From the NCBI RefSeq assembly GCF_036321535.1, contig NC_087437.1, positions 9,302,001-9,366,000 of the forward strand: a stretch of 64,000 bases of DNA. The letters are read 5' to 3'. Below the pieces are notes generated by a model. It had not been told where the DNA came from. It did no database searches and saw nothing but the letters and a program-made list of their open reading frames with translations. Each line of letters begins with the position of its first letter. Within the stretch, counting starts at the first letter, position 1. This stretch comes from Camelus dromedarius (taxonomy: Eukaryota). The position numbers and the translations under genes are program-made. Shown here in pieces: positions 13,078 through 22,895 of the stretch.

Positions 13078-13460
13078 ACTATCAGTTTGCCAGGGCTGCC
13101 ATCAAAACATACCACAAGGGGGTGGCTTAAACAACATTTGCCCTCTCACAGCTCTGGAGGCTGGAAGCCCAATGTTAAGGTGTCGGCAAGCTTTGTTCCC
13201 CCCAAAGCCTTCTCTCCCTGGCTCGCAGGGGGTCTTCCTGCTGCGTCCTCAGGTGGGCTCTCCTGGCACGTGTGCAGCCCGACCGTCCCTGTGTGCCCTA
13301 ATCTCCTCTCCCTGTAAGGACACAGTCAGATTGGGCTGGAGCCCACCCTAACGGCCTCCTTTTAACTAATTACCTCTTCAAAGGCCTATCTCCAAATGCA
13401 GAGGTACGGGGAGTTAGGGCTTCCATATATGAATTGAGATGAACAATTCAATCCAAAATA
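13078..13460 (-). mobile_element. MaLR solo LTR (MLT1A/B-like)
   Basis: atcagtttgccagggctgccat...ggtggcttaaacaaca...ctctcacagctctggaggctggaag...ttagggcttccatatatgaatt. Confidence 0.85.
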
Positions 13461-14032
13461 GTCATCCTTGAGGCTCTCTTGATCCCAGTCACACACAAGT
13501 GGAAAGAAATATGGAGAAAAATAACATGGGGTGACATTATCAAATCCAGTCCCATTCCTTCAGCTGAACTCAGCCGTGTGGCTGCACTCCATGGACAGCG
13601 GGAAAATCAGCACCCCTGGGTAGCCGCCTCCCAGCTAAAAAAGCTCACAGGACAGAAGGCGGAGCACATTGCTGGTGGACTGGAAGGCATGTGCCACGGC
13701 TCTTTATGTGGATATGCAGGCTCCTTAGTAAAACGTGGCATAGGACTCACAGAGCAGGAGCTCAATGGATAGGATTTTATTTCATTTCTCTTCCGTTCCC
13801 TGCTCTTGTGCCCTAATTGTAAAAATCTTGCCCTCCAGCCACATCCTCCACCCTTTTTTTTTCAACTTCAAAACACTAGGGTTTTGTTGTTTTTGCAAAT
13901 TTCCTTTCGCTTTATCTTTCATTTTCCATTTAAAAAGTTTTGGATGGTGAGAGTTTCAGGTGGCCAAAGCAGATGGTAACAAAGCCTCCTCCACCTAATC
14001 TCTGGAGAGAATAACTGTCTAGAACACAAGGA

Positions 14033-14034
<2 letters not shown>

Positions 14035-14093
<59 letters not shown>

Positions 14094-14106
14094 CGCGCGC
14101 GCGCGC
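14035..14106. repeat. Compound microsatellite (GT)25(GC)11
   Basis: Read directly from the sequence. Confidence 0.98.
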
Positions 14107-14919
14107 CTGTGTCTCTTGGGAGACCGGGGAAAAAAAAAAAAACTTACCAATTTGAAAAGACTTCATTATTCAGTGGAAGAGGGGAAAAGGTCTAACAAGC
14201 TAATCTCAACTTGGCTTTAAGAATCCAAGCAGTTTTATTTACTTAGAATTTGAACAGATAACTTTTTGAAAGGCTAATCAGAATTAATGAATAGAAAAAT
14301 TAAGGAATAGAATTAATGCATGGAAAACAGGAAAAGAAAAATTATAATCAGGTGTCAAGTTTGCTCTATTTAAATAAGCTGAAATCTATTAGAATTTAGA
14401 AAAGAAAATCACCTTACGACTACCTTAATATTAAAAAATGAATAAAATCAAAGACAACAAAGAAAAGGAAATCTAATAATAATCACATAAGGTGCATGAG
14501 GTGATGAAAGTAAAGGTCAATTGCAGAGTGAGAACACACAGTATCAGGTTATTTTCAAATTCAGGTTGGCCACAATTCATACTAATTTTTTTTTTTTTGC
14601 AAAGGAATCTGATAGAAGCAGGGTAAGGAATAACTTGATTCTTGTTTACCGTTGGAAATATACAGACATCTGACTCACTGATAGGGCTAAATTAGTGGCT
14701 TCTCCACTGATGATGCTAAAGATACCCTTCCGTACCTTCCGCCAGAAAATCAATTTCCTTGCAGGAGAGGTTTCTGAAGGAAGCTGAGTGGAGGAGGGTT
14801 GGGGGGAGGTAGGGAACCTCTATTTTGCTAGGTAACTAGTCCCAGCAAAACATGCTTTTATTCCTAAAATGATCTCAATAAAACAGGGCACATTTAGTCT
14901 TGCAAATCTCAAATCCTTT

Positions 14920-15107
14920 TTTTTTTTTAATTTCCTTTAACAGTTTAGTGCTTTAACTTTTTAAACTTACATTGTTATCAAAGGGATAAAGCCAACCACA
15001 AAATAAGAATCAACAGAATGCAGTAATCCGATCATGAGGGAGAGTCAAATGTGCTCGCACATATTCAAGAAATCAATCATCTAAGTTATAAGTAATAAGT
15101 AGTTTAT
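14920..15107 (-). pseudogene. Orphan poly(A)-tailed retro-insertion (5'-truncated mRNA 3'UTR retrocopy or orphan transduction), parent unidentified
   Basis: Exact 20-bp TSD TTGCAAATCTCAAATCCTTT (14900-14919 and 15108-15127), T-run 14917-14928, ACTAAA signal-like hexamer ~20 nt before the tail on the minus strand; body not recognisable as a TE. Confidence 0.75.
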
Positions 15108-16014
15108 TTGCAAATCTCAAATCCTTTAAATCTAATTAGTTTTATCATTTAAAAATTTTAAAAAAAACTCATGTATTCCTTCTTAGTTCTTATTGCTTGC
15201 TTTAATTAGTAAATGGTTTGTTAAAATGTCTACAAACAACAGTGAACAGCTCTGGAAATGTGTGTGTGTGTCCCTGTGTGTATGTAAGGCTCACTCTTTC
15301 CTGGTGTCTTAAAGTGTAGAACAGAATACTTTTCATGATATTTGTAGGCTTTTGATAAATAAGACAGAAATTCCAGAACAGGTCACTTTGAAGCTGGAAC
15401 TTCAATGTGTTATACAAAGGATAGTATATTGTCATCACTTACGAATCTGCAAGAGTTCTTTATTGCAGCAATATCCAAATTATTACTTCCTCTTGGCCGA
15501 TTATTTTTTGAAAGGCTTCAGTAAAAGTCAGACGGTACCAGATCTGACTAAATTGCTGGAACACATTGATTCTTGCCCCTACTGCTTATTCTAAAAATAC
15601 AAACCTGGTATTTTCCTTCTTTACAAGAGCCTGAATTTCAGCAGTGTCCTCTCTGCCCTTGAAACTTGTGTCATCAATAACAATTTTTCTGTTTACAAGC
15701 CTAAATGTGTCGAGTAATAGAGAATTCTGGCTTCTCTAGCCACCGAAGAGACCAAATTTTCATTTCTATTTAATAAAGAGTGAGATATCTCAGCTCTTAT
15801 GAGCTGAAACCAATCAGCTGAGTTCGTCATGAAAAGTTTTCTGGCAAGAACTCGAAGCATAACATGGGTACTGGGTACAAAGAACTAGACGAGGGCCCCG
15901 AGAGTTGGGTCTGAGGCTCGCTTTGTCATTAAATAGCTGTGTGTCCTTGAGCAAGCACAACTCTTTGGTCCTCCCAACTCTTCAGAGAGAGGTATTTGGA
16001 TGAGACACATGCTA

Positions 16015-16250
16015 ATGACAGCTAATGTCACAGAGTGCTTTCGTGGCCCAAACACTTCCCTGGGTTTTACAGGTACTAGTTCACTTCATCCTCAGAACAA
16101 CCCCAAGAGAAAGGTACTTTTATAACCTTTGCTCTACAGATGCAGAAACCCTAGGCCTGGCAGAGTTAATAATCTTGCCCAAAGTCAAAGCAGCAAGGGA
16201 GCGAGAAGCAGACTTCAACCCAGCAGCCAGTGTTCTTAGCCAGCCCAGTA
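16015..16250 (-). mobile_element. MIR SINE
   Basis: catcctcagaacaacccc...ctacagatgcagaaaccctaggcctggcagagttaataatcttgcccaaagtca. Confidence 0.8.
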
Positions 16251-16592
16251 CATTGCTAAGGCCTTTTCTGGCACTGAGGTGCTCTGATCTCTATCAATCT
16301 CTCTTACGTGCACTTAGATCGAAGGTCCTTGGTAAGATTTCTGAGACAAGTAACATGGCAGAAGGAAAAGTACCTGGACCAGGAACCAGGCGCCTGGCCT
16401 TCTCTCCTGCTTGCATCCTGAAGAAGTTGCGTGCAACCAAGAAGGCTGCCAGTACGTTTTCTGCGCTCCGCAAATCCTGAAAATCCCTTCCGGTTCTCCA
16501 TTTCCGGGAATTTAATTCCGAATTAACAGATGACACATCTGTCTTTATGAATGGAAGTCTAGATTCCTGGTACCATGATTTCTTTTCCTCTC

Positions 16593-17206
16593 TGTACTGA
16601 AGTGAATGGTGGCCTCCCAAAAGATACGACCACGTCCTAATCGCTGAAACCTGTGACTATTACTTTTAATAGAGCAAGAGAGTAAATGTTATTACTTTAT
16701 TTGGGAAAAAGGTCTTTGTAATGTAATGAAGTTCAATATTTTGAGATAAGATTTCCCTGGCTAATCCAAGTGGGCCCGAAACACTAAATAACTAGTCACA
16801 GCCAAAAAAATACTTTCATTCCTAAAATGATCTCTACCAAACAGGGCATAGTTACTCTTGCAAAGTACCAATGTCTCTCTGTCCTTTAACCTCAACCCAT
16901 TTTACCATCAAACAAATAAAAATCAGCTCATATAAGACAGAAGCAGTGAGAGACTTCCCACCTGGAGGAGAAGGGCACGTGAAGGTGAAAGCAGAGATTG
17001 GAGCGAGATGCCTGCACACCAAGGAAGGCCAAGGATTCTGGGAGCCAGCCGGAGCTAGGGAGAGGGGAGGAGAGATTCTCCTCTTGAGCCTTCAAGAGAA
17101 GCTAATACTGCTGATTCCCTATTTTAGACTTCCAGCCTCCAGGAACCACAAGAGGATACATTTCTGCTGTTTCAAGACAACCTTGGCAAGCCTCAGAAAC
17201 AGATCG
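16593..17206 (+). mobile_element. MaLR solo LTR (MLT1C/D-like) carrying a ~150-bp non-LTR insert at ~16782-16930
   Basis: tgtactgaagtgaatggtggcctcccaaaagatac...gtgaaggtgaaagcagagattggagcgag...ttttagacttccagcctccagg. Confidence 0.85.
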
Positions 17207-17727
17207 AGCATGTTATTCAGGATAAACCCGGTGAGTCAAAAAGTCCAGATCCCCTTTCAACTGACATCTGAATCGTCTTTATATCCCAGTGATTGCACGG
17301 TAAATGAGCAATGAATGTATTCTTTAATTATTCATTTTAAATAATTAAATAAATTAAACAATTAAATGTTATTTTAATTTTAATCAAATAATATTTAATT
17401 GTAGTTAATTAAAGAACAAAATATATTCTTTACCAATAAAAAAAATCACACCACAGAAATCAATATACTTTAGGTCCTTTAAGTATACATTGGGAAATAA
17501 TACCAAGGATAATCATCTTAAAGGAGGAAAAAGTCCATCAGTAAAAGAACGTAAGTCTACCCAATGTAAGAAATGTAGCCAAGAAGACTTGGAATTCACG
17601 CCTATCTCCTGGTCTCGACCTTTATGAGTCTGTGAGCATGTATGTGCATACACGTAAGTACGTGCATATTTAGATCCATCCTGGTAGACCTGTGAAGCCA
17701 TGTCCCATATGGTTAAAGACACCAGTA

Positions 17728-18226
17728 AGTAACAGAAATTTTTGAGCCTCTCTTACAGGATAACTGATGAGAAGATAGCTTGTTGAAATCCTCTTTCTTT
17801 TAAACAAAATAAAACTGGTTGAAACCAGATAAAACCAATATGGCAGCTTGGAGTCTGTGCAGCATAAGCTTACTTGTCAATGTGTGACTGACTGACCTCA
17901 CAGCTAGAAATTCCACTGCATGTTTCATACCAACTCCCCTGAATTTGCACATGGGAGCCCTGTAGACATGAAGCCTACTTGCGCCTGTGCATAAACTTCC
18001 TTAAACGTTGTAACCAACCCCTTTTCTCCTTTGTGCACTGCTCCCAAACCCTCACCCATAAATATACACCTCGCCTTGTTACTGGAAAGACAGACTTGAC
18101 CTTTGCCTCCTGTCTCCTTGCTTGGCCACCTTGCAATAAAGCTTTTTCTCTCTGCAAAGATTGTTGCCTCTCTACCTGGTCTTCATTGCGCCCAAGCAAG
18201 CGGACTCTATTCTGCTTGGTCATACC
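17728..18226 (+). mobile_element. ERV1-class solo LTR (MER34/MER39-group-like)
   Basis: LTR architecture: CCAAT-like motifs, cataaatatac TATA-like element, AATAAA at 18136, U5-like tail. Confidence 0.7.
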
Positions 18227-18529
18227 TGTGGTCTTTCCTTTCTAAACTCACATGTATAATTATCTATTGGAAATGACATTGATGAAACACAAATCTGATG
18301 ATCACATTAACAGTATCGTTGTAAAAGAGACTTTATTGGAGAATGGCAATAAGGGTTACAAAACCTGATGCAGTTTTAAGGCTCTCAGCCCAGACCTATG
18401 GATGGAGTAATGACAGGGAAGACCCCACTATATTCTGAACTTGATTAATAAGGCAATTCTGGAAACTGTTCAGATAAAGAGACAACCAGAACTCTAGGAA
18501 GTGTAATCCCTAGCAGTTTGCCCAAGTTG

Positions 18530-19053
18530 TACCTGAAGGAAAAAAGACAAATCTGACTCCATGAGATCTGTTCCTTTGGCTCTAACCCTGTGCTCTGTTT
18601 CCTGGGCTCAGTCATGCTGGTTCTGCACCTTTTGTAAAAGAATGTTGCCTAGAGCCTGAAATGTACAGGAGAGCCCATTCTCAAGGCTCTGACCTTTAAG
18701 GCTGTAACACTCTCCCATTCATATAGAGATAAAAAGTTGCAGAACAGAGAATAACGTTTGTCTTGTTGGAGGTTTACAGGGACACCACGACCTGACCTAC
18801 GTAGACAGCTGTAAGAACAAAGGATTCTGACATCAAGAAGTTTGCACCAACCAACCACATCTCCTCCCCTTTTAGTATAAAAGAAACCTGAAATCTGACT
18901 TGGGGGTAGATGGTTCTCTAGGACTTTAGTCCCCCATCTTCTCAGTCTGCTGACTTTCTGAGTAAGGTTGTTGTTATTCCTTGCCCCAACACCTCATCTC
19001 CTGATCTATTGGCCTGTCATGAGGCGAGCAGAACGAGCATGGACTTGGTAACA
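18530..19053 (+). mobile_element. ERV1 solo LTR, MER41-like (cetartiodactyl type)
   Basis: tctgactccatg near the start, tagtataaaag TATA box, 3' end ccttgccccaacacctcatctcctgatctattggcctgtcatgaggcgagcagaacgagcatggacttggtaaca. Confidence 0.8.
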
Positions 19054-20978
19054 AGGGGAAGTGATTATTTCACTTCAGCACCCTGCTCTGGGTACCAGGC
19101 AAGTTCTGCCTTCAGTGCATGATATCAACAAATATGATGCAAAGATACCTGCAACTTGTCTGAAAGCCCATCTGAATTAGCATTGTAAGTATTCAAGAGC
19201 CTGTTAGCAAAACATTTGCGCAGATTTTCCGTGTAAGGGAGTTATTTTAGAAGGCAGTAAAGAGTACATCACAGGAATACAGCATGGGAAAGTTCATGTT
19301 TGAAAACAAAAGCCATCAGAGATCTCTGACTACTCTGTATTTCCAATTAAGGCCAGAAAGGATCTGGGCACTGAGTCTCCCGCCTCTTGTGTTCCAAACA
19401 GAGGAACAATGGCTAAAATGGGGCTGATTGTTATTCAAATGAATCATCGCAACTCATTACAGAAGAGTCTTCCTGCTGCCAATTTCTAAAACCTCTTCTC
19501 CTCTCCCCCCAGCTCCTCAGTCTCTTCTTAGCGGCTCTTTTCACTGAATAGATGTGAGATTGGGGTGAGACTTTTTCTACTTTCCTTAGCAGGAAACTTT
19601 GTGCTAACAAAGTGCCATTTTATACTATAAAGCCAATAATTAGTCTCATTCAAAGCAGTCATTGAGTGCAGACTTGGATTCAGGCTACCCCTCTGCTGGG
19701 GCATTTTTCTTCCAGCACCTAGGCCTGTCATTGAGCATCAGATCGCACAGATCGCACGCAGTGTCTTCATCTCAGCCCACCGGATTTTCATTTGAATGCC
19801 CTTAGCCGATTAGAAGGTGTGTTCCGGTTTTGCCCAATATGCTGAATCCAAATTAACATACCGACAGGAACACCGGGTGGCCGTGATACAAAGTTTACTG
19901 GCTCACTTCACCCCAGCAATGTCACAGTAGGAAGCAGTTTTCCACGAAGGGCTCAAGAGGCAGAACCAGCAATGGATTCCAAGTCTTGAACTGGAAAGCT
20001 ATATATGCAAACTAATGGGTGTTATTACTATGCAAATCCTTGCAGGTGAACTCATCACAAATCAAATACAGTAGGTAAGCAAGTCTGAGAACCTGGGTGT
20101 GCTGTGCACACGCACACACACACAACCACACACTCATTACTTATTTTCTGAAGCAGTAAATGCCTAGCATGGGTTGACCATTAAGCAATGGAAAGCCATC
20201 ATTTCCTTATTAAAAACCTGCATACTTACCGTGATATTAACAAGGAGCCTTGCAAAAAGCACAACTTTGAAAGGGGAACTCCTTGCTGCAAAGACTGGGT
20301 GGCTTTTTCCCCTGATAGTTATGCATCTGCTGTCTAAGATTAATCAAGGAAGTTAATGATGCAAAAAATTACATTTATAATCCAGTCTGAATACAGCTGT
20401 ACTGCAAGCTAAGTTCTAAGTCCTATTAAAGTAAATGGAATTAATGGGCTGTCTCTGGCAATCTTTATATCTATCAGTTACTAATTAACATTCTTCTGTA
20501 AAGAATAGTTTGTGGCGGGGAAAAAAAAATAAAAGATACCTGAGGAGCAGCTATGGTAAAGCTTAAGTGGAGTTATTAAAGGCAGGTGGAGCAGTGGCTA
20601 CCAGAAATGACAGTGCAAAGTATTCACAATGCGGTGAAGGCAGTGAGCAAGAAAATGTCGATTTGCCCTGTCATCAGCTTTTAAAAAATGCGTGTGTGTG
20701 TAAAGTTGTTTGTTTTACACAGCAGCAAACGATCACCACTAAGGACGACCTTTCCGTGGGAAATGTCGACTCTAGCTAATAACGTGAGAACAGAGACCCC
20801 AGAGCTGTAAAACGGGAGAATTAAATTAGCTGCGGGTGGAAGATGAACATACCATCGTTATCCTCCAAGATACTCAAGCATATTTGCTGCTCTCATCACA
20901 AAAAGCTCCCAGCTGATTACTAATTTTATGTCTTCTGTTCTTGGATTAATTTAAAGTGTCCCTTCCAACCCTTTATTG

Positions 20979-20981
<3 letters not shown>

Positions 20982-21023
<42 letters not shown>
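20982..21023. repeat. (TG)n microsatellite
   Basis: Read directly from the sequence. Confidence 0.97.
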
Positions 21024-21025
<2 letters not shown>

Positions 21026-22862
21026 TGTGTTTGGTTTGGTCCTTCGTGCACAAGGAGAGATGCATCTTTACTCTTCTGAATTTTAATTCTTTTTTTTTTT
21101 CTTTTATTTCCTTCGCCAGAAATATGTGCTTTGCTGCTTTACAGTTCAGAAGAGACTCAATTTGCTAATAAATGATGCACTTTCTTTCATGGGAGACCCT
21201 GAGTTTCCACTAGTTTTTTATTGCTCACAAATTGAGACTCTGATGCAATGAAGTCTCCCTTAGGCTTTGTCATGGATAAAAGATGGATCATTTTCATAGC
21301 AGAAAAGTGATTAAGGAGGAAGGCATCAAAAAAAATAAAAAGCACTTTAAAAAGAAACCAAGGTCAAGAGAATCTGCCCTCTAATTTTTAACATCCCAAA
21401 ACTGCCTTGACAACAAACAGTTAACATTAATCTGAGAGATCATTTCTTTGTTAACGTCTCAGACTGGCAGGGCTTGCGTTTGTCAGTTAGGGTCATACTG
21501 ACCCTCACAAAACAGAGGAAAGGCACATTTTTAAGAAGTCAAGTGAGGGAAGAAATTTAATCCTAAACTTTGAGTGAAAAGGTCAAGGTTGAAATTGGAA
21601 CTTCGTGTCTCACTAGGACAAAAAAACTCTTGAAGTTGGATTTTCTATCCATCCAAAGGAGGTAACATGCCCTTACTTTCTTCTAAGGAGGTATTAGGAT
21701 GTTCAGGGCTTCATGTGAGATTACAGACAGAAAAGTGTTTGTAAATGTGAGTTACTTCTCTGTTAATTCAGTCTGTCTATGTAGTTATCAGGAGACAGCT
21801 GGATGGCCATTGCAAGCTCAGGAGATCAGACTCTCTGGGCCAGGGCCAGAATCCATGTGACCCTTTAGACTAGGGCAGGAGCCAGCCTCTGACATCCCCT
21901 GGTCGCCTGTGGCTGCGCAGTCCAAGAGGGTGACCTGGGTCACTCCTGCTGCCCTGCACACAGGAGATCAGGTGCCACCCAGGAAGGCCACCCAGCCCCA
22001 CTTCAGCCTCCACCACCTTCCCAGGTGACTACCTGGGCTGTTCTAGCCCCTCACTGTCCTCTCGCCTCCCACCCTGGGCTGTGCAAAAGCAGAAGCAGAA
22101 AAAAGAAAAAGCTTTTCCCAAACATTATTAGTTTAAGGGCTATTGCTTTGTTGAGCGGCAGATATGAAATCAATCAGGAATGGACATGATGTCCATTAAA
22201 GAACTGGACATGATGGCGTCTGGACGCTACAAAGATTCTTCATCTGCACTTACTGGACAATGAATAAAATAGGTAAGTAGCTCTTTTCCACTCATTCTTA
22301 GTTTTTCTTCAGAAGATCGCTATACCTCATACAGGTCCATGAATTTTGTAACATTTTGTCATCAACTTGTTTTACAGACAGAAGCCCCATCAAACAGAAT
22401 TTGCCCAGCATCAGCTCTGTGGGGCATCCCGTTTTGTTTGTTGTTTTGTTTTTTTAAAAATACATCTACATATACATATATACAGTCAACTTAATTCTGT
22501 GCTGAATTCAGCCCATCTGCATAGCTCAAGGGGGCTTGTGTTACATCTCTCTTGGACATAATGATGATTTTGCTTTTTAATGTAAAATAAATGTTGTGTT
22601 TTGCCTAATTCTCACTACGCGGTGATGGCCATAATGCTTCTACAGCGTAGGCTCATTTTAACTAAGACTCACGTCTTTAAACTAATTCATCTGTTCTTTC
22701 ACAATGATTTATGTGGCTGCTCCAAGCAAAATGTAATGGTAAAGGGAAATAACAATTCAAAAATCTTGCCCCCAAATGAAAAGGAAAATGTTTATTAGCC
22801 TTTCGTTTCCAACTTGCCACTGAAACAAAGTAATGATCAAATAATGTTCTTAGCTAGAAGTA

Positions 22863-22895
<33 letters not shown>

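Noticed and set aside
16025..16620. Overlapping 151-aa and 108-aa ORFs
   Set aside because: The 151-aa ORF starts inside a MIR and the 108-aa ORF starts inside an LTR; no recognisable domain.
20222..20230. ATACTTACC, identical to the U1 snRNA 5' end
   Set aside because: The following sequence does not match U1; at most a minus-strand splice-donor-like motif.
22864..22891. Long poly-T run as a possible retrocopy tail
   Set aside because: No convincing TSD found; the adjacent sequence is an old MIR.
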